From positions 50,729 to 114,728 of the forward strand of contig CAVSAL010000006.1 in NCBI GenBank assembly GCA_963725915.1: a stretch of DNA of 64,000 bases, in the 5' to 3' direction. Under the pieces are notes generated by a model. That model worked only from the letters and a program-made list of their open reading frames with translations, was not told the DNA's origin and did not search any database. This document shows positions 48,164 through 57,197 of the stretch, piece by piece (within the stretch, counting starts at the first letter, position 1; every line of letters begins with the position of its first letter). Origin of the DNA: an uncultured Actinomycetota bacterium. GTDB lineage: Bacteria; Actinomycetota; Thermoleophilia; Solirubrobacterales; Solirubrobacteraceae. Both the position numbers and the translations under genes were made by a program.

Positions 48164-48249
48164 TTGCCGACGCAACCATTTCTGTTATGGTTGGTCCACC
48201 AGCAATCATCGACCCTACGCGATCGGCTTGCCGATCGAAGGAGACCAAC

Positions 48250-48804
48250 ATGTCAGCAGACACCGGGACCGTTGCAACCGCCCTGCCCACCGGGACCTGG
48301 ACGGTAAATCCGATCCACTCCAACGTCGAGTTCTCGGTCAAGCACGTCGGCATCGCCACCGTCAAAGGCCGCTTCAACCAGTTCGAGGGAACGCTCGAGG
48401 TCGGCCCGCAGGGCGCCGTCGGCTACGGCTCGGTCGAGGTCCAGAGCATCGACACCGGCGAGCCGCAGCGCGATGACCATCTCCGCTCCGCCGACTTCTT
48501 CGACGTCGCCAGCTTCCCCAAGATCGAGTTCCGCTCGACCGAGATCAAGACCGATGGCGAGGATGTCGCGATCACGGGCGAGATCACGATCCACGGCGTG
48601 ACCAAAACGATCACGCTGCAGGGCGAGATCGAAGGCTCCGGGGCGGACCATCTGGGCAACGAGCGCGTCGGCCTCTCCGCCAGCGCTCAGATCAAGCGCT
48701 CGGACTTCGACATGCGCTTCAACGCCGCGCTCGGCTCGGGCAACCTCGTCGTCTCCGACAAGGTCAAGATCCAGGTCGACGTTTCCGCGGTCAAGAGCGC
48801 CTGA
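48250..48804 (+). CDS. YceI family lipid/quinone-binding protein
   Basis: GTWTV..HSNVEFSVKH, RDDHLRSADFFD; GGAG RBS before ATG 48250. Confidence 0.92.
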   Translation: MSADTGTVATALPTGTWTVNPIHSNVEFSVKHVGIATVKGRFNQFEGTLEVGPQGAVGYGSVEVQSIDTGEPQRDDHLRSADFFDVASFPKIEFRSTEIKTDGEDVAITGEITIHGVTKTITLQGEIEGSGADHLGNERVGLSASAQIKRSDFDMRFNAALGSGNLVVSDKVKIQVDVSAVKSA

Positions 48805-48828
48805 GCGGCCGGCGCGGGGCGCTCCGAT

Positions 48829-49737
48829 TCAGCGCCCCGCCTCGCTCAGCAGCGCCACCTCGGCCTCGGTGAGCGTGAGGCTCGCAAGCGGCAGCAGGTC
48901 CTGCAACTGCGCGACCGTGCGGGCGCTTGCGATCGGCGTGGCGACCGTCGGCTGCGCCGCCAGCCAGGCGAGCGCGACCGCCGCGATGGTGGTCTCATGC
49001 GCGGAGGAGACCCGATCGAGCACATCGAGCACGCGCAGGCCGTGCTCGTCCATGTAGGAGGTGGCGCGCTGCGCGCGCGTGCTCTGCACCGCCTGCCCGC
49101 CCGGCCGGTACTTGCCCGTGAGGAAGCCCTGAGCCAGCGCGAAGTAGGGCAGGCTGGGCAGGCCGCGCGCCTGGCAGAGCTCCTGCAGCGGGCCCTCGTA
49201 CTCGTCACGCACGACGAGGTTGTAATGCGGCTGCAGCGCCTGGTAGGAAGCCAGGCCCTCCCGTTCTGAGATATCGAGCGCCTGGGCGAGCCGATCGGCG
49301 CTGTAGTTGGAGGCAGCTATGTAGCGCGCCTTGCCCTGCTTGACCAGCGCATCGAAAGCGCCGAGCGTCTGCTCGAGCGGCGTATCCGGATCGTCCTTGT
49401 GGGCGTAGTAGAGGTCGATCCTGTCGGTCCGCAGACGACGCAGCGACTCCTCGGCGCCCTGTGCCACCTGTGTCGGCGAGAGCCCGGCGTCCTGCCCCAT
49501 CCCCACCTTGGTCGCAAGCACGATCTTCTCGCGATTGCCGCGCGAGGCCATCCAGCTCCCGATGATCTCCTCAGAGGCGCCGCCGGCATAGATGTTCGCG
49601 GTGTCGATGAAGTTCCCGCCCGCGGCCACGTAGGCGTCGAGCACCTCGTAGGACTGCTGCGTCTCAGCGCTGCGGCCGAACACGTTGCCGCCGAGGCACA
49701 GCGAGAAGACATCGAGATCGGAGGCTCCGAGCAGCAC
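48829..49737 (-). CDS. Aldo/keto reductase
   Basis: LGGNVFG, DTANIY, LATK, IDLYYAH, ASN, LQPHYNL. Confidence 0.92.
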   Translation of the reverse strand: MLLGASDLDVFSLCLGGNVFGRSAETQQSYEVLDAYVAAGGNFIDTANIYAGGASEEIIGSWMASRGNREKIVLATKVGMGQDAGLSPTQVAQGAEESLRRLRTDRIDLYYAHKDDPDTPLEQTLGAFDALVKQGKARYIAASNYSADRLAQALDISEREGLASYQALQPHYNLVVRDEYEGPLQELCQARGLPSLPYFALAQGFLTGKYRPGGQAVQSTRAQRATSYMDEHGLRVLDVLDRVSSAHETTIAAVALAWLAAQPTVATPIASARTVAQLQDLLPLASLTLTEAEVALLSEAGR

Positions 49738-49882
49738 GGACAGCAGCGTAGCGAAGGCTTGAGGACTCTCTGACCCTACGTAGATCCCCGCCCCCGCGCC
49801 ACCGCAAAGGCCGGATGATTGCGATCGGCCGCTGGGCTACGTTCAAGACTCGAAACGCAGCACACCGGGAGCCCGCACAGAC

Positions 49883-51298
49883 GTGAGCGACTTCAGCAGT
49901 GGACCGAACGGGAGGATCTTCACCGACCGCCACCAGGCGGGCCGAGCGCTGGCCGAGCGGATCCTCGAGCTCGACGCGCAACGGATAGCTGCCGGCGATC
50001 GCGCGATCGTCGAGCGCTCCACGCCTGCAGTCGTGCTCGCGCTCCCCCGCGGCGGAGTCCCCGTCGGCTTCGAGGTTGCAGCCGCGCTGGGCGCACCGCT
50101 CGACGTGCTGCTGGCGCGCAAGATCGGCGCGCCCGGCAACCCGGAGCTTGGCATGGGTGCCGTCGCCGAGGGCAGCGTGAGGGTGCTCGGCGAGGACGTG
50201 ATGCATGATCTGCTCGTCAGCCATGAGGAGCTCGAGCACAGCGTCGCCGGCGCCGAAGCGGAGATGCGCAGGCGGGTGCGGCTCTATCGCGACGACCGCG
50301 CTCCGCTCGCGCTCGAGGGCCGGACAGCGATCATCGTCGACGACGGCCTTGCCACCGGCGGCACCGCCCGCGCGGCGATCCGCGCCGCCAGGGCCAGGGG
50401 CGCCGCCCATGTGGTGCTGGCGACGCCGGTGGGCGCTCACAGCACCGTGCAGGCGCTCTCGGCGGAGGCAGACGAGGTCATCTGCCTGCTGGAGCCAGAG
50501 CCGATGTGGGCGATCGGCATGTGGTATCGCGACTTCAGCCAGGTACCAGATCACGAGGTGCTCACGCTGCTCGCGCAGGCCCGGGATCGCACAAGACCCG
50601 GACAGGCATCACCCTCCTCCAAGGTGGGCCCCGACGCGGGCGCAGCCGATGAGCAGCCGCGCCGCTCGCAGGTGAAGATCCCTTACGAAGACGGCCTCTC
50701 GGCGATCGGAGACCTGACCATCCCCGGGGACTGCCATTGCCTGGTTCTGTTCGCACACGGCAGCGGCAGCGGCCGGGCAAGCCCCCGCAACCGCCAGGTC
50801 GCTGCCGCGCTCGGCGCCTACGGCATCGGCACACTGCTGTTCGACCTGCTCAGCGCCGAGGAGGAGCGCCAGCGCGCGAAGGTCTTCGACATCTCCCTGC
50901 TCTCCAGTCGCCTGACGCAGGCGACGCTGTGGGCGCGCGCGCAGCCAGAGCTCGCCGACCTGCCGATCGGGTACTTCGGCGCCAGCACCGGCGCCGCCGC
51001 GGCGCTACTCAGCGCGGCCGACCTCGACGGCCAGATCGGCGCGGTCGTCTCGCGCGGCGGTCGCCCCGACCTGGCCACTCCGCGCCTTGGCGAGATCGCC
51101 GTCCCGGTGCTGCTGATCGTCGGCGGCGCGGACCCTGTCGTGCTCGACCTCAACAGACAGGCGCTGCAGCGGCTGGACGGCCTGGTCCAGTTGGAGGTGA
51201 TCCCGGGCGCAACCCACCTCTTCGAGGAGCCGGGCGCGCTGGAGCAGGTGGCACGGCTTGCCGGCCAATGGCTGAGCAGCCACCTAAGAGGCCGATAG
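49883..51298 (+). CDS. Phosphoribosyltransferase fused to a dienelactone-hydrolase-like alpha/beta domain
   Basis: LPRGGVP, VDDGLATG; then HGSGS..SPRN, GASTG, VSRGGRPD, HLFEE. Confidence 0.88.
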   Translation: MSDFSSGPNGRIFTDRHQAGRALAERILELDAQRIAAGDRAIVERSTPAVVLALPRGGVPVGFEVAAALGAPLDVLLARKIGAPGNPELGMGAVAEGSVRVLGEDVMHDLLVSHEELEHSVAGAEAEMRRRVRLYRDDRAPLALEGRTAIIVDDGLATGGTARAAIRAARARGAAHVVLATPVGAHSTVQALSAEADEVICLLEPEPMWAIGMWYRDFSQVPDHEVLTLLAQARDRTRPGQASPSSKVGPDAGAADEQPRRSQVKIPYEDGLSAIGDLTIPGDCHCLVLFAHGSGSGRASPRNRQVAAALGAYGIGTLLFDLLSAEEERQRAKVFDISLLSSRLTQATLWARAQPELADLPIGYFGASTGAAAALLSAADLDGQIGAVVSRGGRPDLATPRLGEIAVPVLLIVGGADPVVLDLNRQALQRLDGLVQLEVIPGATHLFEEPGALEQVARLAGQWLSSHLRGR

Positions 51299-51385
51299 GC
51301 GGCGCGATGCTGCGTCCTCGCTCGCTCACGTACTGTGAACGCCACGCTCGCCGCGTCCTTGCCTCGCTTGCTTCTCGGCCTCTTA
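51285..51385. repeat. ~100-bp MITE/REP-like element
   Basis: Perfect 11-bp terminal inverted repeats TAAGAGGCCGA / TCGGCCTCTTA with imperfect extension. Confidence 0.55.
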
Positions 51386-51421
51386 CGCTAATCCCTCCGA
51401 AGCTGACCTCAGACGGTGACC

Positions 51422-51544
51422 TCAGACGGGTCGTATGCGCGCGCTCGTACCCTCGGCCAGCCAGGCGGACGCCCCCTTTTTGCCGGCAGCCATGCGCAGG
51501 CGCTGGTAGAGGTCATCGTCGAGGCTGATGCTGATCTTCGCCAT
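51422..51544 (-). pseudogene. Short or truncated ribbon-helix-helix antitoxin-like ORF (40 aa)
   Basis: MAKISISLDDDLYQRLRMAAGKKGASAWLAEGTSARIRPV; palindrome GGTAGTACC-gct-GGTACTACC just upstream. Confidence 0.6.
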
Positions 51545-51646
51545 CGGGAGCGATGGTAGTACCGCTGGTACTACCGCACGGGTCTTTTGCATGGTGCTTC
51601 TCCAGCGACAGGCGTCTGCCGTGGGCCCGGACAGCTCACGCCCCGT

Positions 51647-52060
51647 TCAATCCACCGACCCCGCAGGAACGACCCATTCGCAGGGCTGCCCCGTCACCGT
51701 CGCGATCCGATCGAAATCCGTGTCGTAGTGGAGAATCGTCAGCCCGCGCCTCTCAGCCGCGGCAGCAACGAGCAGGTCGGGGATCTTCCGCCCCCGCTGA
51801 TGCCGGGCCGCGAGCATGCGCTGAACCTGCAGCGCGCGGCGCACGTGCTCGTCCGTGCTCTGGAGTGGCTCGAAGACCTCGAGCGCGCCCGCCAGGCGAT
51901 CCCACTCGGCGGAGTTGCGCGCCGAGAAGCCGATCTCGAGGTCGCTGATGCTCGCGCGCGCAAGCTCCCCCCGCTCCGCTATCGCCTCGATCGCCTCTCG
52001 GACCGTGGGCTCGCGCAGGCGAGTGAGCACGCTCGTGTCCAGCAGATGCGTCAGCGCCAT
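51647..52060 (-). CDS. vapC: VapC PIN-domain toxin
   Basis: LLDTSVL, DLEIGFSA, IPDLLVAAAAE, LHYDTDFD. Confidence 0.9.
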   Translation of the reverse strand: MALTHLLDTSVLTRLREPTVREAIEAIAERGELARASISDLEIGFSARNSAEWDRLAGALEVFEPLQSTDEHVRRALQVQRMLAARHQRGRKIPDLLVAAAAERRGLTILHYDTDFDRIATVTGQPCEWVVPAGSVD

Positions 52061-52245
52061 GCCTGCTCGCGCGGAGCGAGATCGGCGCCGGCGAGCACGT
52101 CCAGGGCCTCCCTGACCGTTGCCCCACGCTCCCCGCTGACCTGGGCAAGCGCACGGTTGACCGTCTCCTTGATCGTCGCAGTGCCGAGGGTCGCCTTCGC
52201 GGCCCGCAGCGCCGGCTCGTCTATGTCCACCAGGTGCTTTGCCAT
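52051..52245 (-). CDS. vapB: VapB antitoxin
   Basis: MAKHLVDIDEPALRAAKATLGTATIKETVNRAL...REQAWR; overlaps vapC; TATATA-containing inverted repeat upstream (52256-52284). Confidence 0.85.
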   Translation of the reverse strand: MAKHLVDIDEPALRAAKATLGTATIKETVNRALAQVSGERGATVREALDVLAGADLAPREQAWR

Positions 52246-52429
52246 CGCGCCCAGCAGTATATATGCACGCCTGGCGATATATACGCCCAGGCCGTTCCGA
52301 AGTCCAACTTCCTTTGGAGATGCGTTCATGGAGCAAATGCTCCCGCTTGCTTGGGATGGAACGCACAGGCGCGCAGGTCAAGCCGCCTGCGAGAACCAGC
52401 GCCCGCTGATCAGGTCGTGGTAGACGACG

Positions 52430-52558
52430 AGGTTGCACCTCCCCCACGCACCGCGCTCCCGGCGCAGGCGCGACCGCGATCGGCTCTCCCGCCAGCGGCT
52501 TCACACCGCCGGCGGCGACCGCGAGCTCGAAGCGGGGCATGTGGAGGCAGACGATCAT
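52430..52558 (-). pseudogene. 5' fragment of an ImuB/Y-family DNA polymerase gene
   Basis: MIVCLHMPRFELAVAAGG...PIAVAPAPG..VGEV resembles ImuB-type N-termini (recognised by eye) and sits directly behind a LexA box; similarity stops after about 42 codons. Confidence 0.55.
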
Positions 52559-52563
52559 TTAGG

Positions 52564-52577
52564 CGAACGTATGTTCG
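52564..52577. promoter_or_regulatory. LexA (SOS/Cheo) box
   Basis: CGAACGTATGTTCG is a perfect Gram-positive/actinobacterial CGAAC-N4-GTTCG. Confidence 0.85.
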
Positions 52578-52637
52578 CACACGATGGCGCCCGCTTCGCC
52601 CTGGACGAACCATTATGCTGATCGAGGAGGTTTGGGG

Positions 52638-53273
52638 ATGCTCACGATGCGACAGCTCCGGGGATTTATTGCCGCATGCGCGCGGCCGGCAGCAGCCACG
52701 GCCGACGCGATCGATCGCGGGCGTCTGCAACTGCTGGCCACCGCGCTTCTCGCTGCCACCCTGTCTCTCGTCCTCGCCGCGCCAACCCATGCGGAAGGCC
52801 TCGAAGAACCGGGCTGCCGCCCGTGGGTATGCCGCCCCTCGACCGCGGGTGCCGCAGTACTCGAAGGCGTGGTCGGACGCAGCCCCAATGCCGCGACTCA
52901 ATTTGAATCTTCCCACGCGCGCTTGGTCTATCGCACGGCCGAATACAGCCGGGAAGCCGACGGCACCTACGGAGCACCGCGCTTCGGCACGCCGCACGTT
53001 GTGAAGCTCACCGAATCGGGCGCATTCAAGCTATCACTGCCGGCATGCAGCCCGACCGCTCGCGTCTTCGGCTGCGTGGGCGGCGAATACGAAGCGTATG
53101 CGACCTACAACGGCACGCCTTGCAACGAATACAACGTGTACGTCCTCATGACAGTCGGGGAGGTCAATCAGGTACCCGCGAGCAGCCTGGCCTGCACGCC
53201 GCCGAAGCCTTCAAAGCCCAAGCACAAGAAGGGCAAGCACAAGAAGGGCAAGCAAGCCAAGCACCGCCGCTAG
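52638..53273 (+). CDS. Secreted Cys-containing hypothetical protein with Lys/His-rich tail
   Basis: Signal-like hydrophobic stretch ending THA; paired Cys; KPKHKKGKHKKGK tail; GGAGG upstream. Confidence 0.6.
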   Translation: MLTMRQLRGFIAACARPAAATADAIDRGRLQLLATALLAATLSLVLAAPTHAEGLEEPGCRPWVCRPSTAGAAVLEGVVGRSPNAATQFESSHARLVYRTAEYSREADGTYGAPRFGTPHVVKLTESGAFKLSLPACSPTARVFGCVGGEYEAYATYNGTPCNEYNVYVLMTVGEVNQVPASSLACTPPKPSKPKHKKGKHKKGKQAKHRR

Positions 53274-53288
53274 CGAGCGGACGCCCCG

Positions 53289-54155
53289 CTAGTCCATCCC
53301 CAGCGGCCCGGTGGCGGCGCCGCTGAGGAACTGCCGCACGAACGGGTTCTCAGAGGAGAACATCTGCTCTGCGGTTCCGGACTCCACGATCCGGCCGCGC
53401 CACAGCAGCGCGATGTACTCGCCGATCTGACGCGCCGAGGCGATGTTGTGGGTGACGACCAGATAGGTGCCGCCGTGCTGTTGGTGCATCTCCTGGATCA
53501 GGTCGCAGAGCAGCGCCGTGCGCACCGGGTCCAGCCCGGAGTCGGGCTCGTCGAAGATCACGATGTCCGGTTCCATCACAAGCGCCCGCGCGAAGCCGGC
53601 GCGCTTGCGCATGCCGCCGGAGAGCTGGGAGGGCATGTCTTCGATCGCCTCGGAGAGGCCGACGTCGGCCAGGCGCTCCCTGACGGTTTCGGTGATCTGG
53701 GACTCGGAGTAGTCGGTGTGCTGGCGCAGCGGGAAGGCGACGTTGTCGAAGACGTTCATCGAGCCGAAGAGCGCGCCGTCCTGGAAGAGGACGCCGATCC
53801 TGCGGCGCATGTGCAGCAGCTGCGGCAGCGTCATCTTCGGCACCGACTCGCCGTGCACGAGGATCTCGCCCGAGTCGGGGAACATCAGGCCGATCAGGTG
53901 CTTGATCAGCACGCTCTTGCCTGTGCCCGACGGCCCGAGCACGACGGTGATCGTGTCGTCGGGGAAGGAGACGTTCAGTCCGTTCAGGACCGGCACGCCC
54001 GCCAGCCGCTTGACCACGTCGGTGCAGCGGATCGACCAGCGCGTCTCCTGCCCGTCCACCTGCTCGGGCTGGACCGGCTGGACGGAGTGGTAGCGGAAGT
54101 CCTCGCCGTCGTCAACCGCGTCGCTCTCGTGCTCGATCGTCTCGCCGCTGTCCAT
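53289..54155 (-). CDS. MCE-system ABC ATPase (MceG/Mkl/MlaF-like)
   Basis: GPSGTGKS, LFQDGALFGSM, LSGGMRKRAG, DEPDSGLDP, VRQFL..GPLGMD. Confidence 0.92.
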   Translation of the reverse strand: MDSGETIEHESDAVDDGEDFRYHSVQPVQPEQVDGQETRWSIRCTDVVKRLAGVPVLNGLNVSFPDDTITVVLGPSGTGKSVLIKHLIGLMFPDSGEILVHGESVPKMTLPQLLHMRRRIGVLFQDGALFGSMNVFDNVAFPLRQHTDYSESQITETVRERLADVGLSEAIEDMPSQLSGGMRKRAGFARALVMEPDIVIFDEPDSGLDPVRTALLCDLIQEMHQQHGGTYLVVTHNIASARQIGEYIALLWRGRIVESGTAEQMFSSENPFVRQFLSGAATGPLGMD

Positions 54156-54208
54156 GTCCTCGATGCTACCTCGGGGGACGGGCGCCGCCGCACGCGGCTG
54201 CGCGTTGA

Positions 54209-55717
54209 TTACTTGGAGTAGGTGACATGCGGGAACTGGCTGCTCTTGCCGTTGAACGTGAATGGTTCCTGTTGCTTGCAGCCGGGTGCCGGCACGGAGT
54301 TGGTCGTGCTGCCCGGCGCGTTGCCGACTTTGTAGTGGATCAGTTCGTTGATGAGTTCTTCGGAGACGTTTTCGTTGGCGGGACCTTCAATGATCGGCGC
54401 CGAGTCGGCGCAGTTGGCCGCGCTGAACACCGACAGGCCGCTGCCGAGCAGGCTGAAGGCGCCCGAGTGCGAGTACGCGTTGGCGCGGTTGGTGCCGATC
54501 CGATTCGAGAAGACGGCGAGCGATTCGGGGCCAATGTGCTGCGAGGCGCGCAGGTAGCGGGGCCTGACGCCTTGCAGTTCGGGCACATTCGTGACGTTCG
54601 TCTTCGCCTCGCTCGCGGCCGTGAAGTTGGCGAAGAACGCTTCGACTGTAGGCAGGTATTCGCTCGTGTACTGCAGGAACGGATCGAAGTTGTGCAGCAC
54701 CGGACGCAGCGCTGCCAGCACCGGGGTCGTCAGTTCCAGCGACTTGCCGACGTCCGGCAGGCCGCGCTTGCCCGCAGCGCTCAGCGGCCCAAACGCGGTC
54801 ATCAGGGAGTCGAACTGGGGCGCGAAGCTCTCCGCGCTGTGCAGCAGCGGCGTCAAGGCGCGCTCGCCCGGCTGCAGCGCAACCAGCAGCGGGCTGGCTT
54901 CTCCAGCCAAGCGGTTGAGGCTGTGCAGACCCGTTTCGCTGTTTCGCTCCAGAGCGGGCAGTTCGCGCCAGACATCGGCGAACTCGGAGCTGGCGGCTGC
55001 CGCGGGCTTCAGCGCGGCATTGCCATTGGCGATCAGATCTTCGAGCTGTTTGTTGCGTTCGGTCAGCGCATCGAACACCTGCCCTGTGTTGCGCACGAAT
55101 GCGCTGACCGCGCCCGACTCGCTGTTCAGGATGCCGAGCAGCCGGTTGCCGCCTTCGAGGAACCGAGGCAGCGTGGCGAACGAGAGGTTGATCGCTTCGC
55201 CCTGGCCGTTGAAGCTTTCGGCCAGCGACTGCATCCAGACCCGGAAGGACCGCCTTACTTTGGGGTTGAAGGTGTTGAGGATGTCGTCGAGCGTCACGAT
55301 CGGTTCGACGTTGGCCTGCGCGAGACGCGCTTCGTTTGGCAGCGCCGGCGCCTGGCTGCTGCCCGGCGTGATTTCGACGTAGGTCTCGCCCAGCAGCGTC
55401 TTGATGCGCAGCTGCGCGCGGTCGTCGATGCGCAGCGGCGCATAGCGGCTTTCGATTTCCATCGTCGCCTGCGTGTCGTTGGCACCGTCGAGCTTGAGGC
55501 TGACGACATGCCCGACCGCCACGCCGTTGATCTTGACTTCCGACTGTTCCGCCAGCGCGAGCGTGCGCGGGAAGTCGGCCGTGAAGCGGTAACCCTTCGG
55601 CTTCAGCGGCACCGGGCCGCCGAAGGACTGCCAGAGGAACAGCAGCAGCCCGAAGCAGCTGAGCGCGAACAGGGCGATCACGAGGATGTTGGCGAGCGTG
55701 GGCGCGCGCTTCTGCAT
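54209..55717 (-). CDS. MCE/MlaD family protein
   Basis: N-terminal TM, SEVKINGVAVGHV, KTLLGETYVEITPG, helical region. Confidence 0.9.
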   Translation of the reverse strand: MQKRAPTLANILVIALFALSCFGLLLFLWQSFGGPVPLKPKGYRFTADFPRTLALAEQSEVKINGVAVGHVVSLKLDGANDTQATMEIESRYAPLRIDDRAQLRIKTLLGETYVEITPGSSQAPALPNEARLAQANVEPIVTLDDILNTFNPKVRRSFRVWMQSLAESFNGQGEAINLSFATLPRFLEGGNRLLGILNSESGAVSAFVRNTGQVFDALTERNKQLEDLIANGNAALKPAAAASSEFADVWRELPALERNSETGLHSLNRLAGEASPLLVALQPGERALTPLLHSAESFAPQFDSLMTAFGPLSAAGKRGLPDVGKSLELTTPVLAALRPVLHNFDPFLQYTSEYLPTVEAFFANFTAASEAKTNVTNVPELQGVRPRYLRASQHIGPESLAVFSNRIGTNRANAYSHSGAFSLLGSGLSVFSAANCADSAPIIEGPANENVSEELINELIHYKVGNAPGSTTNSVPAPGCKQQEPFTFNGKSSQFPHVTYSK

Positions 55718-55718
55718 C

Positions 55719-57197
55719 TCAGTGGCCTCCCCCTGCGCCGCGCCTCGCCTGCGAGGGCGCGGGCGCCGTCTGCCCTGCCGCACGACTGGCCGCGGCATGT
55801 GCCGTGCTGGAAGACGCCTTCGTGGCGCTCGCCGGTGGCTTGATCCCGTGCGCTTCGCACTCCTGCGCAGTCGGCGGGTTGAGCAGATGGTCGATGATTC
55901 TCACGGCCGGATCGACTTCGGCCACGCCGACGATGAATCTCGCGAGTTCGCAGTTGTAGTAGAGCAGCGTGTTGCCCACCGGCCCGTTGGCGTCCGAGCT
56001 GCCGACCGCGCTGTTGAAGTCGTGGTTGGCCCAGTCGAGGAAGAACAGGAAGCCTGCCTGCTTGGGCCCGGGGTTGTAGCCGAGCTCGTTGAAGAGTTCG
56101 TTGAGCACCTGGAAGCTGCTCGACAGTTCCGGCAGCGCCTTGTTGAAGGTCTTGGTCGCCGGCGTGACCCGCTGCAGATACGGCAGCGCTTCTCGCGTGA
56201 AGGGCGCGATCTCGTTCTTGATCACCGGCGTGCTGCTTTCGAACAGCTGCTTGGCCGCCTTCTGCGCGGGCGCGAGCGAGACGGCGGTGGGGTGCAGCTT
56301 GGTCAGCGTCGGCGCGATCAGGTTGGCCGCCGTGGCGAGCGAGCCGAGCCCCTTGTTGGTCTTCTTCAGCGCCCCGGGCAGTCCGCGCAGCGTCTGTTCC
56401 ACGGCGACCTGCTGCCTGGAGAAGACCGTGAAGACGCGGTTGGAGGCGTCGATTGCCGCGGAGAGCTGCGTGTCCTTGTTGCCGATCGCGGTCATCAGCA
56501 GCTGGAAGTTGTGGATCGCGTCTTCGATGTTGCGGTGGCGCACCTGCAGTTCGCTGGTGATCTTCTGGATGTCGCGCGTGAGCGGGTCGAAGCGCCTGAA
56601 GTCGGCCGACAGGTTGCGTCCGTTGTCCTTCAGCGCGACGCCGGCGCTCGCCAGCAGCTCCTGCAGGTAGGAGCGCGTTTCGGCGTCAAGCGCCGCCAGC
56701 AGCTGACTGAAGTCGGCGTCGGGCGCGGTCTGCGCCAGCGAGAACGTCTCCCCCGAGCGCACGGCGCCCGCCTTGGGCAACCCCGGAGTGATCTGGATCG
56801 TCTCGTCCTTCAACTGCGTCTTCGGCCGCATGATCAGCGCCGCGTCGCGATAGATGTATTTCGCGTACTTGGGCGTGATCTCCATCGTCACGAGCGCGAC
56901 GTTGTTGTGCAGTTGCACTGCGCCGATTTCGCCCACCTTCGCCCCGGCGATCGTGACCGGCTGGCCCTGCCCCGGCGTGAGCGCGTCGCCGGCCTGGAAT
57001 TCGGCCTTCAGCACGAAGTGGCTGCGCCCGAAGACCGGCACCCAGCCGGGCAGCGAGAGCCGCTCCTGGGAGAGGATGTAGCCGCCGATCAGGGCCGCGA
57101 GCACGACCATGCCGACCACGGCGGCGAAGGCGCCGCTGTAGCGGGTGATCTGGTCGCGGATGCCACGGCCGGCGTCGTTGGCCTCGGGGCTCATCAT
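55719..57197 (-). CDS. MCE/MlaD family protein
   Basis: TPGQGQPVTIAGAKVGEI, RPKTQLKD..ITPG. Confidence 0.9.
   Translation of the reverse strand: MMSPEANDAGRGIRDQITRYSGAFAAVVGMVVLAALIGGYILSQERLSLPGWVPVFGRSHFVLKAEFQAGDALTPGQGQPVTIAGAKVGEIGAVQLHNNVALVTMEITPKYAKYIYRDAALIMRPKTQLKDETIQITPGLPKAGAVRSGETFSLAQTAPDADFSQLLAALDAETRSYLQELLASAGVALKDNGRNLSADFRRFDPLTRDIQKITSELQVRHRNIEDAIHNFQLLMTAIGNKDTQLSAAIDASNRVFTVFSRQQVAVEQTLRGLPGALKKTNKGLGSLATAANLIAPTLTKLHPTAVSLAPAQKAAKQLFESSTPVIKNEIAPFTREALPYLQRVTPATKTFNKALPELSSSFQVLNELFNELGYNPGPKQAGFLFFLDWANHDFNSAVGSSDANGPVGNTLLYYNCELARFIVGVAEVDPAVRIIDHLLNPPTAQECEAHGIKPPASATKASSSTAHAAASRAAGQTAPAPSQARRGAGGGH

Noticed and set aside
46987-48804. 605-aa thioesterase-YceI fusion ORF
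   Set aside because: Produced by an indel near 47955; the thioesterase ends at 48163 and YceI has its own RBS and ATG.
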